A stretch of 64,000 nucleotides of DNA from an uncultured Prevotella sp. (GCA_905235835.1 CAJONQ010000028.1:10197-74196), one strand, 5' to 3'; numbered from the stretch's first letter, positions 17,924-26,035 are shown. Notes: generated from the letters alone by a model not told the origin. Made by a program: numbers and translations.

Positions 17924-17931
17924 TATCTTTG
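17924..17931 (+). promoter_or_regulatory. -7 box TATCTTTG for the M16 peptidase gene
   Basis: 8 nt upstream of ATG 17940. Divergent with the kinase promoter. Confidence 0.6.
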
Positions 17932-17939
17932 CACTCGAA

Positions 17940-19151
17940 ATGATGAAATATAACATACATACGCTGGAGAATGGCTTACGAGTGATTCATCTGCCATCTA
18001 CCTCACAAGTAGTCTATTGTGGTATTGGTATCAAGGCAGGCTCACGCCATGAGGAGAAAGGTGAGGAGGGAGTAGCCCACTTCTGTGAACATGTTTCTTT
18101 CAAAGGTACGACTCAGCGTTCTGCCTTGCAAATCCTCAATTGTCTGGAGAGTGTGGGTGGCGACTTGAATGCCTTCACCAATAAAGAGGACACGGTCTTC
18201 TATGCCGCTATCCTCAAAGAGCACCTCTCACGTGCCGTTGACCTTTTAACGGATATAGTCTTTAATAGTGTTTATCCTGAACAAGAGATGGAACATGAAG
18301 TGGATGTGATTTGTGATGAGATAGAGAGTTATAACGATACGCCAGCGGAGCTGATCTATGATGAGTTTGAGAACATGGTCTTCAAAGGACATCCGCTAGG
18401 ACATAATATCTTAGGAACACGGAAGAAAGTGAAGAGCTATACCGCTATTCATGCCCGGCGTTTCACCAATCGCTATTACCGTCCTGAAAATGCTATTTTC
18501 TTCGCCTATGGTGATATCGACTTTAATAAATTGGTAAAGTTATTAAAGAAGAAGGAGATGGTAAGACCTCTTACTGATTTTCCTGCCCCTCCTCCCATCA
18601 TCGTAATTTCTAAAAAAAGTTCTCCTGAGACCCACCATCAAGCCCATGTCATGCTGGGAACACAGACATTTGCTTTTGATGACCCACGACGGATACCTCT
18701 CTATCTGCTTAACAATATCTTAGGAGGTCCTGGTATGAATACCCGTCTGAATCTCTCAATGAGAGAGAAAAATGGATTGGTATATACGGTGGAGAGTTCG
18801 ATGGCAAGTTATAGTGACACAGGAGTATGGTCTGTCTATTTTGGTTGTGACCATCATCATGTGAAACGTTGTCTGCGACTTGTTCACTATGAGCTTGACC
18901 GTATGATGCAGCATCCACTCTCCGAACGGCAGTTGAATGCTGCCAAGCAACAAATAAAAGGTCAGATAGCTATTGCTTGTGATAATCGTGAGCAGTTTGC
19001 CCTCGACTTTGCCAAGAGTTTCCTGCATTATGACAAAGAGCGTGACATTGACACCTTGTTCCAGCAAATCGACGCTGTCACCTCAGAACAGTTACTGGAA
19101 GTAGCACAGACGTTCTTCGCCCCAGAGAAATTGCAGTTGTTAATACTTTAA
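17940..19151 (+). CDS. M16 family (pitrilysin/insulinase-like) zinc peptidase
   Basis: 403 aa. Inverted zinc motif HFCEH and a downstream E in the GTTQRS region. Confidence 0.88.
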   Translation: MMKYNIHTLENGLRVIHLPSTSQVVYCGIGIKAGSRHEEKGEEGVAHFCEHVSFKGTTQRSALQILNCLESVGGDLNAFTNKEDTVFYAAILKEHLSRAVDLLTDIVFNSVYPEQEMEHEVDVICDEIESYNDTPAELIYDEFENMVFKGHPLGHNILGTRKKVKSYTAIHARRFTNRYYRPENAIFFAYGDIDFNKLVKLLKKKEMVRPLTDFPAPPPIIVISKKSSPETHHQAHVMLGTQTFAFDDPRRIPLYLLNNILGGPGMNTRLNLSMREKNGLVYTVESSMASYSDTGVWSVYFGCDHHHVKRCLRLVHYELDRMMQHPLSERQLNAAKQQIKGQIAIACDNREQFALDFAKSFLHYDKERDIDTLFQQIDAVTSEQLLEVAQTFFAPEKLQLLIL

Positions 19152-19191
19152 ATCATTTGTCAGTTCATTTTTTTTGTATAACATTAGCAGT

Positions 19192-19986
19192 ATGAATGAG
19201 ACGGTAAGACTTACTGACCTGACAATAGGCTATCAGACAAAGCAACATACGACAGTGGTAGCAGAGCATCTGAATGCTGCCATCAAGAGTGGGGAACTCA
19301 CTTGTTTACTGGGACGGAATGGTATTGGTAAATCCACCCTGTTACGTACGCTCTCTGCGTTCCAACCAGCATTGGGAGGTGAGATACTGATGGCAACGGA
19401 TCATGATCAGCAAGCAACAGTCGATCGTCTGACTGACAAGCAGCTCAGTCGGCTGATCGGTGTGGTACTGACAGAGAAGCCGAATGTGCGAAATATGACT
19501 ATTGAGGAGTTGGTGGGCATGGGACGTTCTCCTTATACGGGCTTCTGGGGAACCTTGTCGAAGGACGACAAACGCATAGTGGATGAGGCTATCCAGTTAG
19601 TGAGTATTGATGCTCTGCGAGGTAGATATATTCATACATTGAGTGATGGTGAGCGTCAGAAAGTGATGATCGCCAAGGCATTAGCCCAACAGACACCCAT
19701 CATCTATCTGGATGAGCCGACAGCTTTCCTCGATTTCCCCAGTAAGGTAGAAGTTATGCAGTTGTTACATCGGTTGGCTCGTGAGCAAGAGAAAACCATC
19801 TTCCTCTCTACCCATGATGTGGAACTCTCCTTGCAGATAGCTGACTGCATCTGGTTGATGGAACCAGACATGTTGAGTGTGGGAACTCCCCGACAACTTG
19901 CTGACGAGGGAGTGCTGAGCCGATTCATTGAGCATAAGGGTATCCAGTTTGATGCCCAGACATTAACTATACGGGTAACAGAATGA
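19192..19986 (+). CDS. ABC transporter ATP-binding protein (FecE/BtuD-like)
   Basis: ORF 19174..19986. Walker A GRNGIGKST, signature LSDGERQ, Walker B IIYLDEPT. No permease or binding protein is adjacent. Confidence 0.85.
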   Translation: MNETVRLTDLTIGYQTKQHTTVVAEHLNAAIKSGELTCLLGRNGIGKSTLLRTLSAFQPALGGEILMATDHDQQATVDRLTDKQLSRLIGVVLTEKPNVRNMTIEELVGMGRSPYTGFWGTLSKDDKRIVDEAIQLVSIDALRGRYIHTLSDGERQKVMIAKALAQQTPIIYLDEPTAFLDFPSKVEVMQLLHRLAREQEKTIFLSTHDVELSLQIADCIWLMEPDMLSVGTPRQLADEGVLSRFIEHKGIQFDAQTLTIRVTE

Positions 19987-20123
19987 TAGAGGGGCACGGA
20001 GACGATATCTTCCGTGTTCTTGGCAATCTCCAGAAGGGTCAGTGTGGCAAACAGTGTTAGTAGTGTAGTACGTTTCATAAAACGATAGTTTTGATACTTT
20101 GCCCTGCAAAAATACTAAAAATT

Positions 20124-20150
20124 ATGAACTATGAACTATGAACTATGAAC
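20124..20150 (+). repeat. (ATGAACT)x3.9 heptamer tandem repeat immediately upstream of the ruvB -7 box
   Basis: atgaactatgaactatgaactatgaac, followed by TTTTTTCG and TACCTTTG. Confidence 0.9.
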
Positions 20151-20158
20151 TTTTTTCG

Positions 20159-20166
20159 TACCTTTG
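20159..20166 (+). promoter_or_regulatory. -7 box TACCTTTG for ruvB
   Basis: 22 nt upstream of ATG 20189. Confidence 0.6.
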
Positions 20167-20188
20167 CAGGCAAAAGAGCAAAAAGTGA

Positions 20189-21226
20189 ATGATGGACGAA
20201 GATTTTGACATCCGACAGGAGCAGTTCTCCTCTTCCGAGAAAGACTTTGAGAATGCGTTACGCCCTCTCTCTTTCGGCGATTTCAGCGGACAGCAGCAGG
20301 TGGTGGAGAACTTGCAAGTGTTCGTAGAGGCTGCGAAATATCGTGGGGAGCCCCTCGACCATACCTTGCTGCATGGTCCTCCAGGCTTAGGTAAGACGAC
20401 ACTCTCGAATATCATTGCCAATGAGTTGGGGGTGGGCTTCAAGATTACCAGCGGTCCTGTGTTGGACAAGCCAGGTGACCTTGCCGGTATCCTCACATCG
20501 TTGGAGAAGAACGACGTGCTGTTTATCGACGAGATTCATCGTCTGTCACCTGTCGTGGAGGAATACCTCTATTCCGCGATGGAGGACTATCGTATCGACA
20601 TCATGATTGACAAGGGTCCGTCGGCACGTAGCATCCAGATAGACCTCAACCCGTTTACCTTGGTAGGAGCCACCACCCGTAGCGGTCTGCTGACGGCTCC
20701 GCTCCGTGCCCGTTTCGGAATCAATATGCACTTGCAGTATTATGAGCCTGAGACCCTGCAGAAGATTATCTCACGCTCTGCCTCTATCCTGCGGGTACCT
20801 ATCACGACAGATGCCGCGGCGGAGATCTCTCGTCGCTCTCGTGGTACACCCCGTATTGCCAATGCTTTGCTGCGTCGGGTCCGTGACTTTGCCCAGGTGA
20901 AGGGTACAGGACGTATTGACACAGAGATCACGAAGATAGCTCTGACGGCACTGAACATCGATCAGTACGGACTGGATGAGATAGACAACCGCATCCTGCT
21001 GACCATTATCGATAAGTTCCGTGGTGGTCCTGTGGGTATCACCACCATTGCCACAGCGATTGGTGAGGATGCCGGAACGGTGGAGGAGGTCTATGAGCCA
21101 TTCCTTATCATGGAGGGTTTCCTCAAGCGTACCCCTCGTGGTCGTATGGTGACAGAACTTGCCTATCGCCATTTCGGACGTAATCCCTATACGGGGAATA
21201 TTATGGAACCAAACCTGTTTGAATAG
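20189..21226 (+). CDS. ruvB: Holliday junction branch migration DNA helicase RuvB
   Basis: 345 aa. [19 protein letters not shown] and the [16 protein letters not shown] arginine-finger region. Confidence 0.97.
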   Translation: MMDEDFDIRQEQFSSSEKDFENALRPLSFGDFSGQQQVVENLQVFVEAAKYRGEPLDHTLLHGPPGLGKTTLSNIIANELGVGFKITSGPVLDKPGDLAGILTSLEKNDVLFIDEIHRLSPVVEEYLYSAMEDYRIDIMIDKGPSARSIQIDLNPFTLVGATTRSGLLTAPLRARFGINMHLQYYEPETLQKIISRSASILRVPITTDAAAEISRRSRGTPRIANALLRRVRDFAQVKGTGRIDTEITKIALTALNIDQYGLDEIDNRILLTIIDKFRGGPVGITTIATAIGEDAGTVEEVYEPFLIMEGFLKRTPRGRMVTELAYRHFGRNPYTGNIMEPNLFE

Positions 21227-21254
21227 TTCAAAGTTCATAGTTCAAAGTTCATAG
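21227..21254. repeat. 2 x 14-bp tandem repeat ttcaaagttcatag (contains the inverse of AACTATGAAC)
   Basis: Starts directly after the ruvB stop codon and ends 2 nt before the next ATG. Confidence 0.9.
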
Positions 21255-21256
21255 TT

Positions 21257-21445
21257 ATGAAAGAGAGTATTGTTAAAGATAAAAGTAAAGAGTTTGCTCT
21301 CAGAATGATTAATCTTTACAAATATCTGACGACTATGGCTGAGAATAAGGAGTTTGTTCTTTCTAAACCATCGTATATATCTATTATTAATGACAATAGG
21401 GAACTTATCAAAATACTAACCCGTATAGTTAAGAATACGGAATAA
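21257..21445 (+). pseudogene. internally deleted four-helix-bundle protein (23S rRNA IVS protein family) remnant
   Basis: 62 aa. N-terminal SKEFALRMINLYKYL...KEFVLSK and C-terminal ELIKILTRIVKNT match the two ends of the roughly 120-aa family as I remember it. The middle (QLLRSGTSIGANI... region) is missing. Confidence 0.55.
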
Positions 21446-21476
21446 CTATGAACTATGCACTATGAACTATGAACTA
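21444..21476 (+). repeat. AACTATG heptamer repeat x4.7 overlapping the coaD start codon
   Basis: aactatgaactatgcactatgaactatgaacta. The coaD ATG (21462) is part of the fourth repeat unit. Confidence 0.9.
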
Positions 21477-21923
21477 AAAACAGGTGTTTTTGTGGGAAGT
21501 TTCGACCCATATACAGTAGGTCACGACTCTATCGTGACAAGAGCGTTGGGATTGTTCGACCGTCTCGTCATAGGGGTGGTGGGCGACCAGGTACATAAAC
21601 CCAATATAGCACCAGCCACCGAGCGTATGCAGGCGATTCAGGAGTTGTATGCCGACGAGTCTCGTATCGAGGTCAAACCTTTTTATGGTCTTACTGTCGA
21701 CTTTGCCAAGGAGCAGGGTGCGCAGTATATCATCAAAGGGGTTCGCTCTGTCAAGGACTTCGAGTATGAGCGTGAGCAGGCTGACATCAATCGGCAGATC
21801 AGTGGTATTGAGACTATCCTGTTGTTTGCAGAACCTCAGTATGCGAGTGTCAGCAGCAGTGTTGTCCGTGAGTTACGGCATTTTGGAAGGAGCGTCGAGG
21901 AGTTCCTACCTAAGAAAAAGTAA
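21462..21923 (+). CDS. coaD: pantetheine-phosphate adenylyltransferase
   Basis: 153 aa. GSFDPYTVGH nucleotidyltransferase motif and a C-terminal SSSVVRE. Confidence 0.93.
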   Translation: MNYELKTGVFVGSFDPYTVGHDSIVTRALGLFDRLVIGVVGDQVHKPNIAPATERMQAIQELYADESRIEVKPFYGLTVDFAKEQGAQYIIKGVRSVKDFEYEREQADINRQISGIETILLFAEPQYASVSSSVVRELRHFGRSVEEFLPKKK

Positions 21924-21930
21924 AAGCATC

Positions 21931-22926
21931 ATGAAGAGAATCATCTATATCCTTTGTCTTGCAGGTCTTGTTAGCTCTTGTGGTACTACCAAGAAACAAG
22001 TGGAGCAGCAACCTGTTGTCAGCATCCAGTTTAATGCGGACTCCGCCTATCAGTTCTGTGCCGCCCAGTGTAACTTCGGACCTCGTACCATGAACAGCGA
22101 GGCACATGAGCAGTGTGGACAGTGGATTCAACAGAAATTCCAGCAGTATGGTTATCAGGTGGAACTCCAGAAAGCCGACCTGAAAGGGTATGACGGTACC
22201 ATCCTGAGGAGTACGAATATCATTGCCAACTCTCCACTCTCCACTCTCCACTCTCCACTCTCCAGAATCCTCATCTGTGCGCATTGGGACAGTCGCCCAT
22301 GGGCGGATAACGACCCCAATCCTGACAACTGGCGAACCCCCGTGATGGCAGCCAACGATGGTGCCTCGGGTGTTGCCGTGATGCTGGAACTGGCTCGTCT
22401 GATCCAGCAGCATGACTCCCTGAATGTCGCAGTCGACTTCATCTGTTTCGATGCGGAAGACTGGGGTATTCCTCAATGGGATGAGACGGGTGACGGTACG
22501 GACTCATGGGCTTTGGGTGCGCAGCACTGGGCAAAGAGCCAACAGCAGAAAGCCAATAGTCAACAGCCATATCAGTACGCGATTCTCTTGGATATGGTAG
22601 GAGGACAGGGTGCTAAATTCTACCAGGAGGGCTATTCGATGCAGAAGGCTGGTCAGATCGTAGAGAAGGTATGGCGTGCAGCCAGTGCCGCTGGCTATGG
22701 TAGTTTCTTCCCCATGAAGGAAAGTGGTTTCGTGACTGACGACCATGTTCCTGTGAACGATATCGCCAACATCCCTTGTGTGGACATCATCAACCACTAT
22801 CCCGACTGCCAGCAGAGCTCTTTCGGTCCTACATGGCATACCGTCAGTGACGATATGCAGCATATCGACAAGAACACCCTACAGGCAATAGGACAAACGC
22901 TCCTGCAAGTCATTTATAACGAGTAA
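21931..22926 (+). CDS. glutaminyl-peptide cyclotransferase (M28-fold, mammalian-like type II QC lipoprotein)
   Basis: ORF 21649..22926. Start at the lipoprotein signal MKRIIYILCLAGLVSSC. AHWDSRPWADND, FDAEDWG and DDHVP blocks. Colinear with the P. gingivalis QC as I recall it. Confidence 0.85.
   Translation: MKRIIYILCLAGLVSSCGTTKKQVEQQPVVSIQFNADSAYQFCAAQCNFGPRTMNSEAHEQCGQWIQQKFQQYGYQVELQKADLKGYDGTILRSTNIIANSPLSTLHSPLSRILICAHWDSRPWADNDPNPDNWRTPVMAANDGASGVAVMLELARLIQQHDSLNVAVDFICFDAEDWGIPQWDETGDGTDSWALGAQHWAKSQQQKANSQQPYQYAILLDMVGGQGAKFYQEGYSMQKAGQIVEKVWRAASAAGYGSFFPMKESGFVTDDHVPVNDIANIPCVDIINHYPDCQQSSFGPTWHTVSDDMQHIDKNTLQAIGQTLLQVIYNE
22231..22265 (+). repeat. (TCTCCAC)x4 + TCTCCAG heptanucleotide tract inside the QC gene
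   Basis: Read directly. Translated in-frame as SPLSTLHSPLSR. Confidence 0.95.
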
Positions 22927-22927
22927 A

Positions 22928-23106
22928 AAAGTGGTGACGGTGACGGTTACAGTTTTCTAAAAGTGATATTCCATGAATTGAATCAAACTTGTATATACAT
23001 ATTACTATATATATATAATATATATATTATATATATATAGTAAAGTTAATAGTCAACTTTTTCAGTACGATTTCACTAAAACTGTAACCGTCACCGTCAC
23101 CACTTT
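22928..23106. repeat. 179-bp element with 29-bp perfect terminal inverted repeats and a central 42-bp AT-only palindrome (MITE-like or cruciform)
   Basis: aaagtggtgacggtgacggttacagtttt (22928-22956) is the exact reverse complement of 23078-23106. 23002-23043 is a perfect palindrome. Confidence 0.9.
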
Positions 23107-23117
23107 ATGAAAGGAAA

Positions 23118-23176
23118 TCAGTCGGTAACTGAAGGGCATTCAGTTACCGACTGACCACGACTCAGTTACCGACTGA
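23118..23176 (-). terminator. 16-bp perfect hairpin plus a third copy of one arm; probable terminator of acpP-fabF-rnc
   Basis: tcagtcggtaactgaa / ttcagttaccgactga with a 5-nt loop. On the minus strand it is followed by UUUCCUUUC. An extra tcagttaccgactga lies at 23162-23176. Confidence 0.7.
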
Positions 23177-23225
23177 TTCCAATGAAAGTGTGCATATTCC
23201 ATCTGTCCTGCACTATTGAAGGTTC

Positions 23226-24227
23226 TCAATGATGCTCCGCAAAAGCGGCTTCCTCTGCCTCGGCGATGATTTCCTCACGGGTCTTCTCACGAGGTGTTGC
23301 CGTGATGTCATCGAGCGAGAACTCGTCGTGTTTCTTCGTCTTTGGCTCTTCGGACTGGACAACGGGTTCTGCGGTGACAGGCTCTTGGGGTTCTTGAGAG
23401 GGTTCGGCAATCTCATCAGGTACGCTGACAGGCTCCTCCTCCATCTTGGTACGCTCAGCTTTTGCGGCAAAGATAGCATCAATGAACTGGGGCTCTCGGC
23501 GAAGGCGCAGGAGTGTCTCCTTACAAGCGTGCTGCTGACTCTCCTTCTTCGAATATCCCTTACCGGAACAGCCTTCCACACCTTCCAGTAATACCTGGTA
23601 GATAAAGACAGGACTGTTGTTCTCGTCGACAGTCTGCTCCAATTGTCGGAACTCAAGGTTGACACGGTTCTTCTGACTCCACTCTAAGAGCTTGGACTTG
23701 AAGTTCACCTCCTTATACGCTACCTTGTCGATATTGATGAGTTGTTTGAGGATACGCTTCTCCATGAACTTCATACAGGCACCATATCCACGGTCAAGAT
23801 AGATCGCACCGACTAACGCTTCGAAGGCATTACCCCCCAAATAACTATTGTGCGATGTAGCCTGATTGTTGCGGATAATCATGTCAGTAATACCCATCTC
23901 CTTAGCGAGTTTTCCCAAGGTCTCACGCTGTACGAGTTTAGAACGTGCATTCGTCAGGAACCCCTCACGCTTACCCTCAAAATGACGGAATACGATATCA
24001 CCCACTACAGCATCCAGGATAGCGTCACCCAGGAACTCCAGTCGCTCGTTATTCAAAGGACGACCTTTCTCGTTGCGCTTCTTGACACTCTTGTGCATCA
24101 GCGCCTGCTTGTAGAGGTTGATATTGCGGGGATAGAAACCAAGGACCTGGTATAAAGAAGAATAAAGCTCCTTCTCTTTGCGGAAAGGGAGCCTTATTCT
24201 ATCTAAGAAATTATACTTATTCAGCAT
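23226..24227 (-). CDS. rnc: ribonuclease III with an acidic/proline-rich C-terminal extension
   Basis: 333 aa. RNase III signature ERLEFLGDA and a dsRBD. The tail is roughly 95 aa (EEPVSVPDEIAEPSQEPQEPVTAEP...). The start overlaps the fabF stop by 11 nt. Confidence 0.92.
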   Translation of the reverse strand: MLNKYNFLDRIRLPFRKEKELYSSLYQVLGFYPRNINLYKQALMHKSVKKRNEKGRPLNNERLEFLGDAILDAVVGDIVFRHFEGKREGFLTNARSKLVQRETLGKLAKEMGITDMIIRNNQATSHNSYLGGNAFEALVGAIYLDRGYGACMKFMEKRILKQLINIDKVAYKEVNFKSKLLEWSQKNRVNLEFRQLEQTVDENNSPVFIYQVLLEGVEGCSGKGYSKKESQQHACKETLLRLRREPQFIDAIFAAKAERTKMEEEPVSVPDEIAEPSQEPQEPVTAEPVVQSEEPKTKKHDEFSLDDITATPREKTREEIIAEAEEAAFAEHH

Positions 24228-25479
24228 ACTTCTTGAATACTACACAGGCGTTGTGACCACCAAAACCGAAAGTGTTGGAGAGTCCTGCGCGTACCTCGCG
24301 CTTCTGTGCCTTGTTAAAGGTGAAATTCAAGTTGTAGTCGATCTCCTCGTCCTTATCGTCCTCCTCATGGTTGATCGTAGGAGGAACGATGTCGTTCTTA
24401 ACGGCAAGCAGGGTTGCCATCGCCTCTACAGCACCAGCGGCGCCCAGCAGGTGACCCGTCATGGACTTGGTAGAAGAGATGTTCAACTGATAGGCTGCGT
24501 CACCAAATACATCCTTGATGGCTTTTGCCTCAGAGATATCACCTACGTGGGTAGAGGTACCGTGAACATTGATATAGTCAATGTCCTCTGGTTTCAAACC
24601 AGCATCCTCCAAAGCATTCTGCATCACGAGCTTAGCACCCAGTCCCTCAGGATGAGAAGCGGTGATATGATGGGCATCGGCACTCATACCAGCACCAACC
24701 ATCTCACCATAGATCTTCGCACCACGAGCCTTCGCATGCTCCAGTTCCTCAAGAATCAAACAACCAGCGCCCTCACCCATGATGAAACCGTCACGGCTGG
24801 CACTGAATGGGCGACTTGCCTTCTCTGGCTCGTCATTGCGGGTTGACAAAGCCTTCATGGCATTGAACCCACCCACACCTGTCTCGCAGATAGCTGCCTC
24901 GGCACCACCAGCGACAATCACATTAGCCTTACCCAGACGAATCAGGTTGAAGGCGTCTGCCAATGCGTTGGAAGAAGAAGCACAAGCAGATGCTGTGATG
25001 TAGTTAGGTCCATGGAAGCCGTACATGATAGATATCTGACCAGCGGCGATGTCGGCAATCATCTTAGGAATGAAGAAAGGATTGAATTTTGGTCCGTCCT
25101 CACGATGGGAACCATAATAAGTCACTTCTTCCTCGAAAGTCTTGATACCACCGATACCAACACCAAAGACAACACCGATACGGTCTTTGTTCTCTGTCTC
25201 CAGATCCATGGCACTATCCTCTACTGCCTGCTTGGCAGCGATGATGGCAAGCTGGGTGTAACGGTCCATCTTACGGGCTTCCTTGCGGTCGATATATTCG
25301 GTTACGTCTAAGTTCTTGACCTCGCAAGCGAACTGGGTCTTAAACTTAGAAGCATCGAAAAGTGTAATGGGAGCTGCGCCACTCTTACCAGCCAGCATGT
25401 TCTCCCAAGTCTCCTCAGGATTGTTGCCAAGTGGTGTAACGGCACCCAGTCCTGTTACTACTACTCTTTTTAATTCCAT
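24217..25479 (-). CDS. fabF: beta-ketoacyl-ACP synthase II
   Basis: 420 aa. Active-site SACASS, NVHGTST and GHLLGAAG. Confidence 0.97.
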   Translation of the reverse strand: MELKRVVVTGLGAVTPLGNNPEETWENMLAGKSGAAPITLFDASKFKTQFACEVKNLDVTEYIDRKEARKMDRYTQLAIIAAKQAVEDSAMDLETENKDRIGVVFGVGIGGIKTFEEEVTYYGSHREDGPKFNPFFIPKMIADIAAGQISIMYGFHGPNYITASACASSSNALADAFNLIRLGKANVIVAGGAEAAICETGVGGFNAMKALSTRNDEPEKASRPFSASRDGFIMGEGAGCLILEELEHAKARGAKIYGEMVGAGMSADAHHITASHPEGLGAKLVMQNALEDAGLKPEDIDYINVHGTSTHVGDISEAKAIKDVFGDAAYQLNISSTKSMTGHLLGAAGAVEAMATLLAVKNDIVPPTINHEEDDKDEEIDYNLNFTFNKAQKREVRAGLSNTFGFGGHNACVVFKKYAE

Positions 25480-25495
25480 ATATTATTTGTATTTA

Positions 25496-25590
25496 GCCCC
25501 CTAAGTTAGGGGGTTGGGGGTCTGAACTGTCTTCCCGAATAATACAGGAATTATACTTGTTCAGACCCCCATCCCCCTAACTTAGGGGGC
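25496..25590. repeat. 32-bp inverted repeat (31/32) with a 31-nt loop between acpP and fabF
   Basis: gccccctaagttagggggttgggggtctgaac pairs with gttcagacccccatccccctaacttagggggc. Each arm contains its own ccccctaa(g/c)ttaggggg near-palindrome. Confidence 0.9.
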
Positions 25591-25604
25591 TATTAAGCAT
25601 TACT

Positions 25605-25841
25605 TTATTTTGCGTTCTCCTCGATGTATGCGATAGCATCACCAACGGTACCAATCTTCTCAGCCTTGTCGTCTGGAATAGAAATACCGAACTCCTTCTC
25701 GAACTCCATGATGAGCTCTACAGTATCCAATGAATCTGCACCAAGGTCGTTAGTGAAACTTGCCTCTGGCTTTACTTCTGCTTCGTCAACACCAAGTTTG
25801 TCTACGATAATAGCCTTTACTTTGCTTTCAATTTCTGACAT
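25605..25841 (-). CDS. acpP: acyl carrier protein
   Basis: 78 aa. [11 protein letters not shown] phosphopantetheine attachment site. Confidence 0.98.
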   Translation of the reverse strand: MSEIESKVKAIIVDKLGVDEAEVKPEASFTNDLGADSLDTVELIMEFEKEFGISIPDDKAEKIGTVGDAIAYIEENAK

Positions 25842-26035
25842 AATCTTTTACTTTAAATGTTAATAAAATGATTCCTATTTAGATGTGTGCGACCACAAAA
25901 TGTGGCTTAGCGGGTGCAAAGTAACGAATTTTTATTGAGTTACGCAAATAAATTTAGTAAAAAAGCATTTATTTTTGCACAAACCACCCCATGTTGTGCA
26001 GTATTTCGTCGTTTAATGACTCCTTTTTGACAACT

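Noticed and set aside
20143-20496. 117-aa ORF antisense to the ruvB 5' region. The same applies to 28649..29014(-) over rubredoxin and the ychF start.
   Set aside because: They overlap confidently called genes (RuvB P-loop region; rubredoxin with both CxxC knuckles) and have no motifs.
21649-21930. Long N-terminal extensions offered by the ORF track (QC from 21649; GPH transporter from 32719; AKR from 43037; helicase to 42820; kinase to 17960; GH3-family to 48445)
   Set aside because: In each case a TAnnTTTG promoter box and/or another gene lies inside the extension. A canonical N-terminus (signal peptide or family-typical start) begins at the downstream Met.
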